This document shows, one piece after another, positions 24,093 to 39,123 of a stretch of DNA of 64,000 bases. The position numbers and the translations under genes are program-made. The stretch covers positions 41,602,001 to 41,666,000 of the forward strand of contig NC_043008.1 of the NCBI RefSeq assembly GCF_006345805.1, in the 5' to 3' direction. The notes beneath the pieces are model-generated. The model saw nothing but the letters and a program-made list of their open reading frames with translations. It had not been told where the DNA came from and made no database searches. Within the stretch, counting starts at the first letter, position 1. Every line of letters starts with the position of its first letter. Source of the stretch: Octopus sinensis (taxonomy: Eukaryota).

Positions 24093-24298
24093 TCTTACTC
24101 TTTTACTTGTTTCAGTCATTTGACTGCGGCTATGCTGGAGCACCGCCTTTAATCGAGCAACTCGATCCCGGGACTTATTCTTTGTAAGCCCAGTACTTAT
24201 TCTATCGGTCTCTTTTTGCCGAACCGCTAAGTGACGGGACGTAAACACACCAGCATCGGTTGTCAAGCAATGCTAGGGGGACAAACACAGACACGCAA

Positions 24299-24369
<71 letters not shown>

Positions 24370-24485
24370 TATATATATATATATATACATATATATACGA
24401 CAGGCTTCTTTCAATTTCCGTCTACCAAATCCACTCACAAGGCATTGGTCGGTCCGGGGCTATAGCAGAAGACACTTGCCCACAT
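24093..24485 (-). mobile_element. SINE-B, 5'-truncated
   Basis: Reverse complement of the SINE-B tail and middle; the head is missing. Confidence 0.88.
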
Positions 24486-25387
24486 TACTGTTCCATTCCG
24501 AAATATATCCATTACTAGCGTTTCACACTTAATCCTGAACAATAGCTGTGAAATCATAGTACTATTATTCCTCATCTTTGCTTTAGATGCGATATATATA
24601 TATATATTACTAACATTCTCAATAATCACTAAAAGTTGAACATACTGTATTAGCATTGCAAATAAACCGCAAGTGAAATTACCATCAAAGATTTTCATCC
24701 GATAGTATAATACGCTAAACAAAAGTAAAACGTTGTTTATAACTCAAAGAGCGAGCAATTCCAGTTTGTGAGATGATATGTATGGAAACTTCCAATGTAG
24801 CATCTAGTATCGTTAGAAATACAGGTTACTGATAGCACATGAGTGTTTACATAACATTATTACCGAATGCGAAAGGAATATGTTATCATACTACATACAT
24901 ATTTGTGAGTAACACTCTACCACCTAACGAAGTTTATAACAATATGAATATTTAATATATGGAAAACGATAACACTCCTCCAGAAATGATTTTAGCGTCT
25001 AGGAGAGTAGAATATATATTTTCAGCCACGCAGATTTTAAAATACTTAGAAGGATATATAATTAAAATACAGATAATAAACAGCAACTTAGACCAAAAAG
25101 ATAAGCAACCAAATCAATAACGTTAAAACATTTGGGATTTAAATCCGGAAATTGAAACAAGCGCAAAGAAAACGGCAGAAATAAAATAAAACCTCATCTT
25201 TTTTAGCGAGTCCTGACCAACGTAACCGGAATCACAACTGCAACAATTTAAATACAAGTGAATAGCAGAAATATTCGACTGTTAAAGTATGAGTGATGAA
25301 AATTTAGAATATGAAAATAGCATCACAGAAACAGAAGACCTCAGTGATCATTCGAAATAAAAAAAACAAATTAAGAATAGAAATGTA

Positions 25388-25625
25388 ACAATAATAATAA
25401 TAATAATAAGAAGAAGAAGAAGAAGAAGAAGATAGAAGAAGAAGAAGAAGAAGAAGAAGATAAGAAGAAGAAGAAGAAGAAGATAAGAAGAAGAAGAAGA
25501 AGAGGAAGAAGAAGAAGACAAGAACACGAACGAGAAAAAGAAGAAGAAGAAGAAGAAGAAGAAAAGAACACGAACGAGAAGAAGAAGAACAAGAACAAGA
25601 ACAAGAATGATAATGATAATAATCC
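25388..25625 (+). repeat. (AAT)n/(AAG)n compound microsatellite
   Basis: Direct reading. Confidence 0.95.
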
Positions 25626-27180
25626 CAAAAGTTGGACATAACAGACGCACAAAAACATATTCGAGCAATAATATGATTACAAGAACTTCAGTAGTCATAT
25701 TGTGATGTATAGAATTCTTGAAAATGCATCATTTATGAAAGCGAACAAAGAGGAAACAAATGACAATGGAAATACAAGGTAAACACTCTCAATCCTTAAT
25801 GAGATCGACAGCAGACAAGTAGAAATAAATAAAAGATAACCAGTCAAGTATGAGAGAAACGCAATAGACTAATAAAAAGATAAGTACTCAAATGAAAGAT
25901 TACCTACGACGATATATCTTCTTTAAATCATTAAAAAAAACCATACATCATGGTAAAGTGACAATAATTATGTGAACACAATATACAGGTTATCAGTAAA
26001 GGAAAATAATTTTACGAAGAACGTTGCGTTAAAAGCAAAGCTGAAGTGAATGCTGTGTCAAGAGATACTGGAGATTTGAATAAGTGGGTATTTGAAATAG
26101 ATGCTAAGCCACGGGCAAGGATGTGAAAAAGTATAATTGCAAAAGAAGGAAAATTTTCAAAAAATTATACCAAAATATAATCAAAATAAACAAGATGAAG
26201 TGTAAAGATATCAGAAAGATGAAGGTTTTTTTAGTATTTTTGATTCAATATTTAAAGGCTATTGTTGTTTGCTTTATCTTTTTTTAAAATTCAGCGTATG
26301 ATGGCATTATTTTCCGTTGAACAGTCATTCATCCGGTTGCTTCTGTGGAAGCTTCAATAGTCTGTGATTATCCTTTTTTCGTTCCTTCCACTTGCGAACA
26401 GTGATGTCTTTTCGCATACTTTCACGTGACACGTATCCCGGCCTCTCATTTGTTGAGATACTTGTTTACAAAACAAAAACAAAAAGAACAACAACAACAA
26501 CAAAATTCATCATGAAGTGCATTTGAGATATTGATCAAAATATAAGAGCCTCCTTATTATACGGAAATAACTTGATAGCAAATAATCAAACAATTTCAAA
26601 TAAAATCTGCGAAATAAACCCCAGACTGCTAAACGTTCTGAAGTTAACATCTCGCCAGCCATATAAACAATGCGACCACCATCACCACCAACCCAACAAC
26701 AATAATAAAACTAACAATAATACCCAGAATAATAGCGATAATATTAATACATATTTAAAACTGAGAATATCTGTCTGCCTGTCTGTATGTGTGTGCCACT
26801 AAAACTACCCAACCGATTTCGTTGAAATTTTACACATGCCTTCGTAAGGGTCCATGCAGTGCCAAATGCGAACACAGAGTTATCTCTTATCTCTTAAACT
26901 ATTTAAGTATTACATGTCAGAAATGAAACAATAACATCTCTATTGTGATGTGAGATACCTTCAGGTTAGTGCTTTCACCATTATATACTTTCACTATTAT
27001 CTCACATATATAAATGCTTACAAACACGCACACATACTCATATATATTATTTACATGTACATATATACACAAACATACACATGTATATGTATATATATTA
27101 TGTATGTATATATGCATATATATATATGTATGTATATATACATATGTATATATATCTGTACACACACAAGTATATATATA

Positions 27181-27257
<77 letters not shown>

Positions 27258-27404
27258 TGCATACAGGCATATGTATGGTGCTCGAAAAATAGTGAACAGC
27301 TGGCACCGTAGTACATCTCCTGCGTTAGAAGCTGTGCAAAGGCAATGATAATAATAATAGTAAATAATAGTAATGATAATAATATATCATCATCATCATC
27401 ATCA

Positions 27405-27454
<50 letters not shown>

Positions 27455-27456
<2 letters not shown>

Positions 27457-27670
27457 GGCTGTCAGCTGGCAGAATCGATAGCACGCTGGGCGAGATATCT
27501 TAGCTGTATTTCGCCCGTCTTTACGCTCTGAGTTCAAATTTCGCCGAGGTTGACTTTGCCTTTCATCGTTTCGGGGTCGATAAATTAAATACCACTGAAA
27601 TACAGGTCGATGTAATCGACTAGTTCCCTTCCCCAATAAGTTCAGGCCTTGTGCCTATAGTAGAAATTAT
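27455..27670 (+). mobile_element. SINE-A tail-1 copy
   Basis: Head, B box GTTCAAATTTC and tail TTCAGGCCTTGTGCCTATAGTAGAAA. Confidence 0.85.
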
Positions 27671-27696
27671 TACTTTTTGTGGTGTTGTTATTATTA

Positions 27697-27800
<104 letters not shown>

Positions 27801-28060
27801 CATTAACAGGTCACAATTTAATGATATACTGCTGACTGGCAAACATAATTACGAAGAGCGAAGTAACGGCTGGTATTGCTAGTTTAAATATAATTGGCCA
27901 TTGCAATATCTTGTAGCAGAATTTATAGAGATTTTATACTTCACGGTGAATCTTCTGTCATAATAAATGATGCTTTAGTGCATTGAGCTTTCATTGAAGT
28001 GAACTCAAAAGTGAAAGATTACTTTTAATGTGTGTGCATTTGTGTGTGTGTGTGTGTGTG

Positions 28061-28091
<31 letters not shown>

Positions 28092-29377
28092 TGATCGATT
28101 TTGAAACAAATTTCTTAATGCTTTCACATGACTTAAGCGAAAGATATAATATACTGCAGACACTGTTCGCAGATGCAAAGTTCGGAATTTGCTTGCGTTT
28201 TAATATACACCATATATCATATCTGTTAATTTATTCCCATTCTAAACAATATGCATATTTTGTGTGTGTGTATGTGTGGTGTGTGTATTTATGCATGTAT
28301 GTATATACATTTAAATACTTCAATCTGGTTTAACTAGTGTCTTTCTCTCTTGGTGATAACCGCTGTTCTGTATTTTTCCAAATAGTGTGTGAGTTTTCGT
28401 GTTTGCGTGTGTGCTTGCTAATATGAGCTGCGTGTGCGCGCTTCTGTGTGTGTGTACGTGAATTCAGAACAAAAATTATCTGCCGCTTGTAATCATATAA
28501 AAACAATACTGATGGGCATCTCTTGCAAACCGTTTATCTACCCGCCTCGTGTCTGACTCTGGTATGTGTAGAATCGTTGAACACGCTGACATTGCATAAG
28601 ATATATCAGTCTGAAAGAGTAGTTGAACTGAAGAAAGAGTCAACAATCATCGTGTAAATGTATATTAGAAAGGGACCAAGAATCCTCTCCTGTCTTGCAT
28701 CGCTTCTGATAGGAAAAAAACAAGGTGTTGTTTCTTCGATGCTAATCGAACCGAAGTTATTTTGACTGTCGCTGTTGTTGTTGACGTTATTCATGTTAGT
28801 GGTTCTAAAACTATCAAAACATACACACCCTCTCTAATACATCGTATTTCTTCTCCCTCTTCTCCCACTCTGTCTCTGCCCTTCCTTGCTACGCCGGCCC
28901 CTATTTAAACAAATTCATTTTTTTACCGTTAAAAACCTTGTGTATTAACTTCATCTTTTCACCGACAATGCCTGGTGGCTTTTTGGACCATTATACATTC
29001 TGTGTTCGCAGTAATTTTTCTGTGTTCTCGAATTAATGCTTATCACCTCTACTCTCGTCACCCACTCATATTCAACTAGAATGTGACTATGAATCAGAGA
29101 CGAATATTGTTAACTATGCCTCTCAAAAAGCTACTTATATAGTATTGGGCAATTTATCACAAAACGTTGGCCTTCTAGAATATTTGGATACGTCTGTGAC
29201 GCTACAACTTGATCTATCTCCTCGTCTCCCGCTGAAACTAAAAGCCTATACCGATATTTGTATATCGATCTATGATCAAATACGTCACATGGCGACATAC
29301 ACCGAACAACAATACTGACGATAACAAGAATAACAATAATAATTGCAGCTCAATAAGAGACACTATTTTACTCTTTT

Positions 29378-29758
29378 ACCCTTTTGCTTATTTCAGTCAT
29401 TTGACTGTGGCCATGCTGGAGCACCGCCTTTTAGTCGAGCAAATAGACCTCAGGGCTTATTCTTTGTAAGCCTAGTAATTATTCTATCGGTCTCTTTTGC
29501 CGATTCGCTAAGTTACGGGGACGTAAATAGATGAACATCGGTTGCCAAGCGATGCTGGGGAGACAAACACACACATATATATAAATATAAATACATACGA
29601 CGGGCTTCTTTCAGTTTCCGTCTACCAATCCACTCATAAAGCCTTGGTCGGCCCGAGGCTGTAGCAGAAGACACTTGTCCAAGGTTCTACGCAGTGGGAC
29701 TGAACCCAGAACCATGCGGTTGGTAAGCAAGCTACTTACCACACAACCACTCCCACGC
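29378..29758 (-). mobile_element. SINE-B copy
   Basis: Reverse complement of the family consensus, including the head. Confidence 0.88.
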
Positions 29759-29764
29759 CTGAGA

Positions 29765-30555
<791 letters not shown>

Positions 30556-30591
30556 AATACTAATACTAATAATAATAATAATAATAATAAC

Positions 30592-30622
<31 letters not shown>

Positions 30623-30937
30623 GCAGTAGTAGTAATGATAATATTGGTTTTAAATTTAGAATTTCGTGGGTAGCTGTAAGTAGATTACATCGACTCCAGT
30701 ACTGAACTGATATTTATTTTACCGACTTCGTAAGGATAAACGGTAAAGACGACCCTGGCGATGAAAACAATATATACATATATGTATAATATATATATAT
30801 ATATGTAGTATGTATGTATGTATGTATGTATGTATGTATGTATATATGTGTAGTATGTATATATATATATGTGTATATATATATATATATGTGTGTGTGT
30901 GTGGGTATGTATATATATAGATTGTATGATGTATATA

Positions 30938-30970
<33 letters not shown>

Positions 30971-31357
30971 ATATGTATGTATGTGTGTATATATATATAT
31001 TCATACCAGGGCTCCTAGAGAGCGTTTGTCGAAAAGCTTGCTGCGCATTTGTTTGGAGATTTAAGTTCCTGCATTTTCCTGAAGAGAAAGCTGCAAAATG
31101 GTCTCCAATCCGAATTAGGGATATTACAGCCTTTGAAACATATGTAGAAAATAATAAAAAGGAATTTTGTAAAATCTTCGTTCAGCTCCATTTCTTCCTC
31201 ACAAATATATAAAACTTCAATTATCCGCACTAAGGCACGGTTGCGATACCCCATGGTCGTCGTAACCTCACCGTGATTTTCTGTTGTGATTTTTGCTACC
31301 CAGGTATCGGTTATAATTTGAATAATCCGTAACAAGATAATTCATTTATCCATTTCA

Positions 31358-31388
<31 letters not shown>

Positions 31389-31392
31389 TATA

Positions 31393-31423
<31 letters not shown>

Positions 31424-31432
31424 TACATACAT

Positions 31433-31467
<35 letters not shown>

Positions 31468-31564
31468 GATCACAATAAGGGTGTGGAACAATTGATATTA
31501 ATTAATAACATTAATTCAAAACACAAGTGGCCTAGGGTATAAAAAGACTGGGATACAGTAAAAT

Positions 31565-31955
31565 TATTAATACAATAATAAGGGAGAGTGCACCATGTGG
31601 TTCACTCTAAGCTAGATATAGATCCGCAAAGGGAATCCGCCACTAAAGAATTGTTCTCAAGAATAATTCAACACGCCAAGAACGTAAGCGAGCAGGACAA
31701 ATGAAAATAACGAAAAAATTAGAAACTATATACAATTGTTTCATCGTTAATAGATTATGTATTTACTTACATAAGTATTTTCGAATCGTCAGTAGAATGT
31801 ATCAGAAATATAATTTGCTGAACCGAACTGCAAAATCCACACGAAGCCGAACAAAGACGAACGGTACAGCCGATTATATTCGCAGGGTACGTTCAAATGT
31901 CCTCATTCTGGTGCGTGGTTTAGAGTGACCACATGGTGGACTCTCTCTTATCATT

Positions 31956-31960
<5 letters not shown>
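31565..31960. mobile_element. MITE-like element with ~35-bp imperfect terminal inverted repeats
   Basis: AAGGGAGAGTGCACCATGTGGTTCACTCTAA (about 31579-31610) versus TTAGAGTGACCACATGGTGGACTCTCTCTT (about 31920-31949). Confidence 0.6.
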
Positions 31961-32001
<41 letters not shown>

Positions 32002-32339
32002 ATATATACATACATACATACATACATACATACATACATAATATATATATATATATATATATCACCGTGATCACCGTGACCGACCAGGCTATCAGATGTT
32101 GCCACACATCGCTGGTCACACTGCGCTTCGCATTGTTTTAGTCTTCAAATAACGCCACCCCGCTGGCTAAGCAAGCAGGCCAATATATATATATATTATA
32201 TATATATATATACACACCATGTAACTCTATTTTGTAATTCTATCACAAATCTGGGTGGATAATTTAAATGATATCAAAATTGAGTTTGGTCTTTGAAAAT
32301 GTTCTCTAACGGTGATGAAACATGAAAAGCTTATCAACA

Positions 32340-32610
32340 GAAGGCATATGTATTCTATATGGTGAGACGTTGAAGGCAATCGAACCTCAATCCGGATAAA
32401 AACACCTTGGAATACTTAAAAGAAGATGGCACTAAGCACAATGATATGAAAGGAATCACACAGAAAGAGCATCTCCGCGATTGAGAAAACTATTTGATGC
32501 AAAGCTGAATGTCAGAAGCATAATAAATTCGGCAATAAACTCGCGTGGAATCGCAATGGGTTGATAATGCGCTGGAACCCTGAAGTGGACAGCGCATTAT
32601 ATATAATTAC
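32340..32610 (+). mobile_element. Highly degraded RLE-type LINE fragment (post-RT region)
   Basis: KHLGIL...KE....RLRKLFDAKLN..IINSAINS, typical of the R4-like RT downstream region. Confidence 0.5.
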
Positions 32611-33630
32611 TTTTGTGTCGGTGACTATTTGAAAGGATTACATTATTCTTCCGACACGATAGTCATAGCCCCATTTCTTCAGATATTATAGTATTACGCA
32701 CTACTTTTTTCTTCCGTAATCGAATGATCAAAACGCTCCTGTCTAACTGTAGTGTGTTTTTTTTTATGGTTCACCTATCAGTTGATGCTCTTTAAATTTT
32801 GTAGCAATACAATGCCTCTTTATTTGGTTTTAAAAAGACATGTAACACCAAGCTATGCAGACGTTTACATCATCGTAAAAGTCAAACAACGCTCTTAAAA
32901 GATTCTGAACTTTTATGAGTCTATTTGGTTGTTCGTTGTCCAGATCATTTTCGGTGGATGTTCTTCTTGATTCGAACTGTCAAATTGCTCATAATATTGT
33001 GTACGGATCAAGAAACCTTCTTGAATTAACTCGTTGCAATATTGGGACAGTCGTTTGATGGGTTTCAGACCTATAAGAGACAAGACATTCAAATAATGGT
33101 CATTACATATAATTCCTTTATTATAGCAAATTTGGCTTACAGCTGTTCCTAGTAGTTATTATAGATAGGTTTATTCAATTAGCCTATTGATTAATTGAGG
33201 TAAATTAGTAGACCTAAGAAAATTAAAGATACCTTCGTGAGAGCCATTGCTGGACATAACAAACAGAGCACTTGAAGAATGGCTAGTGTATGGGGAGGGT
33301 GAGGGAAGATTGGGATGTTTAAGTAGAAAAGATAAAGACAGATTACAGTGGGGCGGTAGCAAATGAGGAGGTCACCCTTAGTAGAAGTTGTAGTTGTAGT
33401 ATGAGTAGTAATAGTATTAATAGTTGGAGTAGTAGTAGGAGTATTGCGTTGCACAATTTGGGAGAGGGACAGTCACAGATATTGGTCAGCAACATTACCA
33501 TATTGACATGGAGAGTATCCGACCTAAATACAATGCTATTATGGTGATGCTGCTGACCTATGCTTGTGACAATCGCTCTCCCAAATTTGGCAATGTATGT
33601 TTTGTGTGTGTGGAGGCACATTGCCTGTGT

Positions 33631-33910
33631 GTTAGGCAGCCGACTCGCAGTCGAGGGATCGCGGGTTCAAATCTCAGACCGGGCGATGTGTGTGTTTATG
33701 AGCGAAACACCTAAGCTCCACGCCCTCCGGTAGAAGGTAATGCCGAACTTCTGCTGACTCTTTTGCCACAACTTTCTCTCACTCTTTCCTCCTGCATCTT
33801 GCAGCTCACCTGCGACGGACCGGCGTCCCGACCAGGTGGGGAACCTATACGCCAAGGAAACCTGGAAACCGGCCCTAATGAGCCAGGCATGCCTCGAGAA
33901 GGAACAAACA
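33631..33910 (+). mobile_element. SINE-C (head X) with an alternative tail W
   Basis: Head and middle as in 49027-49411, but the tail is ACCTGCGACGGACCGGCGTCCCGACCAGG...GGAACAAACAA. Confidence 0.8.
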
Positions 33911-35249
33911 ATGTTTTGTGTGTGTGTGTGAGAAGTCATATGGTGTAGATGTTATATTTACGTCCTATTGTTGTTTACATTTGCTACGGTTGTGGAGTGT
34001 TTGTTAAGTGTCATCTAACCGTTGTTTTTTTTACAGATCGAGCGATTGTCTAAAGGCATTCTATGATAGTTATCTTGAATATGTACTGTATTTCGTTGAG
34101 ATGTAATACGAATTATTGAGTGTATATGTGTGTGTTTTATGTCTGGACATTTTTGCTGCCAGCAGAGAAGAGAATTAATAATTTAACATTTGCAGAATAC
34201 TCAAATATTTTTCTGCATGAGTTGTTGACTAGTTATGTCTGCAGGTTTGTCTGTGTTATTTTATTGTTTCATCTTAGACAACATAACGGCGATCATAAAT
34301 GTGTGTAGAAATAGACGATAAAACAAAATATATACCAGTGGAACAATGCTGAAGATTCATATTTTCAAAACTAATGGCATAATAAAGTTACATATGGAAT
34401 ATACAAATTAATTTGTTCTTTAAATCAGCGAAAACAGAGAAACATATTTGCTATAGCCTTCATGAGAGGGCAGTAACTATCATAAAGTTTAGCCGGAATT
34501 TGATAGGTTGCTACTTGAGATGTCAATTGTTTAATAAGCTATTGAAATGTGTGGTGGATATTATTAACTTAGAATCACACACACACGCACAAACATATAT
34601 ATATATATATACATATAAACATACACAAACACAAAAACACACATACACGTATAGTATATGTATATATACATATATAAATATATGTATGTTATATATATAG
34701 TTACAATATTACATACATATATATATATATAGCATAATATATATATATATGATATATATATATATGGATGTACGTATATATATTATATATACATATATAT
34801 ATATATAATATATATGTATGTATATATATATGGATGTACGATTATATATATATATATATATATATATTAGAATATAATATAATATAATATAATATAATAT
34901 AATATGATATGATATAATTGATCATACATATATATATAAATTTTGGGTTGTATCTCATATCAAACTTCGTTATAATTCACATATCAAACTTTCGTTATAA
35001 TTTGACACTTGTGTTACAACCTACGTCGCTTGTAATTATCGTCCAATTATAAGGATCATATAAATCATATATATATATATATATATATATATACATGCAC
35101 ATGCATACATGCACACACATGCATACATACATTCTGATTGACTGACTGGCTCACTGACAGACATAAACTGAAATTGGTACACACCATGTGGTAAATTACT
35201 AGTTCTGACACTATGGCGGCAAAAGAAGTAGTAGATCGCGATGCGATAG

Positions 35250-37300
35250 AAATTCCAGTGGAATTCCAAACTGGACCATCACTTGTGATAATTTTATAAA
35301 AAGACTAAGGAAAACCCTTTGAGAGGTTACATGAAGAGGCTAAAATAACCCTGGGATGAGAAATACCCATCGTTCTGAATTTTTTCTGAAAAATACCTTC
35401 GCCAATAACTTACATATTTCTTTACAATATATACCACCTGACCAAAGAAAATTACTTATCGATTATATACAAATAATAATAGCATTAAATGTTATGAACG
35501 ACAAAAAACACGACGCAGACGAACACAACAATAACAAGCCGCCGCCACTACACGGACATGTGGCCACCACGTATGATCTCTCAAAAACAAGAAGTATAAG
35601 ATACTGAAATCACTGTAAAAATCGAAGTTTAAGCAGAAGTTTGCTCTCGTACGTACATAAGGCATTACATGAAAGAAAGATGATGACACGAATCGGGAGA
35701 AACCTCAGCGACTCGATGTTAATGTTACCTGCGATCGGCGAAGTACGAGCGAACAAGCTCAAATTCAATCTCCCAGCATTTGTACAATAACTGCCCTGCT
35801 ATATTGTGTCACAGTAACTGTACAAGTTGGAGTTTAAAAACCTATCCAAAAGATAATACTGAACTAATATGGATTACCTTCTTCTAAAATAACGTCAAGG
35901 AACTGGAAAAAAAGATAGGGCACTTGGACACTATCATCAAGTGCAACGCTAAAAAGGAATTCATGGATCACCAGCTATGGTAGATTCGCGAAAATAAATA
36001 GGAATTGACGAGCAAACTGATTGCTTTTAAAGATGATCACCAAAGGTAAGTGAAAAATTTCGTTTCCGTAAAAAGATTATATGAACGAAAGACGATGAAC
36101 CGCAAATTTGATTGAAAGCCTCAAGTTGTATATCGCAGTATCAAAAGCGATGACCTCAGGGTAATAAATGTTCGTCTCCAGAAGAACCTGGAGTTCTTTT
36201 TTTCTTTTTGGTTTTCTTTTTTTTAAGGGGAATCTGGGATATAAACTAAGTACACAATTGAGATGCAGCCTAGTTAAATAAACTACGAAGTGAATACTGT
36301 GAAACTGCCTCTCCTAAAATATATAATATCGCAATTGAAACACTGCTGATAATTGTTATGCAATTTCTGAAAGAAAAAATCACCTGGAAGAGATCTGGTA
36401 CAATAGCTTACGTTCTACAGGAAAATTTTCACGAACCTGTTTATAAAACCAGTGGGTTAAGCTTACATGTACCACACTGGTTGACGGTTGCATGAACTAC
36501 TCTTCTCCCCAACATCAAAGCGACCTATGTAACCAAAATCTACCGCCCCATAGCAATGCTTGAATATTATATACAAACTGTACACAGGTTCTTTGAATAT
36601 GTACCTTTAAGATCACTGCGAAATAAACGGTTGATAACTGATGAATAGGAAGGAGGAAGAAAGAAGTTGTCAACGAAACTGTCCTCAAAGAAGCCAAGCA
36701 ACATCTTCGTAAACTCTTAACACTATGGCTACACTACAAAAGATCTTCGATACACTCCCTCAATAATGTCTCCTAGAATCGCTACACTTTGCCAAAGTAT
36801 CTGCTGCTCTAGTGAATGGTATTGAAAGACTAACTTGCTACATGGTCCACAAAGTTATCTCTGAGAACTAAGAAAGCAACACATATTCTTACAAAGAGAA
36901 TTAAGTTATCAATAGGCATATCCCAGGGTGATACTTTATCTGTAGTTGTTTGAACTGTCAGTGAACCCCTTGAAAGCCATGTTAACAAAATGCAAAGGCT
37001 ACATGGTGGGATATGCAAAAAAGAATAAAAAAGAATGTTACCTTCACACTTTTTGTTGTTCACCTAAATTTATATTCTGGCAATATGAAAAATATCAAGA
37101 GACTATGAGAAAAAGTCACAACATTCTCACGGCACATAAGAATGGATTTTGGGCATTATTTTTAACCTTATCTACTTTGAAATTCAGCGATAGCTTTCAT
37201 GTCTCAAGAAGTTTCTAAATTCTTCGGAAGTAAACACAAAATTCTCGTTGGTAAGAACAAAGATTCTAAAAGAAATCGAAATTCGAAGAATTGATTTATT
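35250..37300 (+). mobile_element. Degraded RLE-type LINE (N-terminal and RT region)
   Basis: GYMKR...WDE near 35320; P.WL..TTLLP..K.T...K.YRPIA.LNIIYKLYT near 36470-36590; GISQGDTLSV.LFELSVNPL..ML.KCKGYMVG near 36915-37015. Confidence 0.65.
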
Positions 37301-37527
37301 AGAACATCTATCATACTTACAGATATTCGGCTTCGAGGATTACGGAGGCATTCGATTTTTTTCCATCCAGGCGCCATTTTAAATCAGTACTTAAACGTTA
37401 CTGTGTATAGCTTTATCTACTCCGAGTTTCACCGGTAAAAACAATATATATTATCTCTCGTGAAGTTTCTAAATTCTTATCACACACACACACACACATA
37501 CACATACATACATACATACATGTTTTT

Positions 37528-37578
<51 letters not shown>

Positions 37579-38670
37579 GTGTGTGTCTGGTTCATAATTA
37601 TGCAAAAGACAGAAATAGGTAGGGAAGAACAAACAAGGATTACTAATATGATGCTCAGGAGAAATGGAAGTGTCTTTCACGTTTCGAGCCTATGTCCTTC
37701 TACACTAAGGAACGAGGAAAGAAAACAAGGAGAGAGACAAGAAAACAGAGAGAAAAAGAGACCTCTCTGGACTGGTATTCAATTGACCGGAAGGATATGG
37801 TTGATGGAAACGGAGACAGTAGTAACCTAGCTGAAGTGTGTGCGCGCAATTATGTGTATGTGCATGTGTTCGTGTGTATGTAGGTGTGTGTATAAGTGTT
37901 ATGTAAGGATAATGTGTACGAATGTATATGTACGTATGTGCGAGTGTGTGTGAATGTATGTGGGTATGAAGATTAAGTGAACGTGTGTATGTGAACTATG
38001 GGACCGTGCGTAGTTATGTGTAAGTATGACAGAGTGCGGGCCTGTGTGTGTGCGTACGGGAGCGACTGGGTGTATGTGCGTGTAAGTTAACATATACGTC
38101 AGCTGTGTGAAGCGATGTGTGCGTGTGTGCTCGGTGTATTTGTGTGCAAACACATCCCTGTTTCAGTTAATGTATGCGTTTATGCTTTGTTCAAGTAGCG
38201 TGTGTGCATGTGTGCGTGTTCTTGCGTGCGTTTGTGTTTTTGTGCATGCGCACGTGAGTGTGTATAGGTGTATGTATATGCTGTATGGACATAATGGTAT
38301 GTATATTGTGGGTACTGAGTTGAAAGGTGTAGAGAAGATGTATGGGTGGTAGGGAAGGAAGGGCAGTGGAAGGTGAGAGGTCTTTGGTGTGTGCAAGTGT
38401 ATCTGGGAGTGGTGGGTTAGAAGAAAGGTGATGAATTAACACCATGAGGCATGAAGAGGAGAAAGATATATATAGCTTGACCGCTAAATCTACAAATTTT
38501 TTCATCCACTCTATGTTTATTTTCTCCTATCCGATTCTGTTGAAGAGCGTAGGCTCGAAAGGTAAAGGATGTATTCATTTTCCCGAGCGTCAAACTAATA
38601 CACGTCGTTGTTGTTCATACGCATGTCTTCATCTTTCGTTTTTCAATAAGTTTTAGGTATATACATATAT

Positions 38671-38766
<96 letters not shown>

Positions 38767-38769
38767 CAT

Positions 38770-38805
<36 letters not shown>

Positions 38806-38827
38806 ATATATAACATATATATATATA

Positions 38828-39123
38828 TCTTTATATATAAAAGTCAAGTTGTGTGTCTGTCTCCTACGATTTAGATTCCTAACTACTCCCAAATTTTGCG
38901 GTGCAGTTTAACCAAAAGCGGGTATCTTATAGTCGTGATTCATATCGAGCTCTTCTGGGTATTAACGCGCGTCTACGATGAGTCTACGATTTAAAAAAAA
39001 ATTTAACATCATTTTTTTCCATTTCTAATGCATTCTTTTGCTATTTTTTGGCTATAACTCTCTAAAAATGCTTATATAGTTATTTCCGTTACAAACCCGA
39101 GCAACGCCGGGCGATACTGCTAG
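38828..39123 (+). mobile_element. Non-autonomous Helitron
   Basis: A|TCTTTATATATAAAAG start and CCCGAGCAACGCCGGGCGATACTG-CTAG|T end; the 3' ~100 bp is shared with 14252-14591. Confidence 0.8.

Noticed and set aside
24960-26230. Purine-rich stretch that might be a LINE ORF1 relic
   Set aside because: No diagnostic motif could be reconstructed.
31015-31335. 106-aa minus-strand ORF and overlapping plus-strand frame
   Set aside because: No recognisable motif or convincing splice context; left uncalled.
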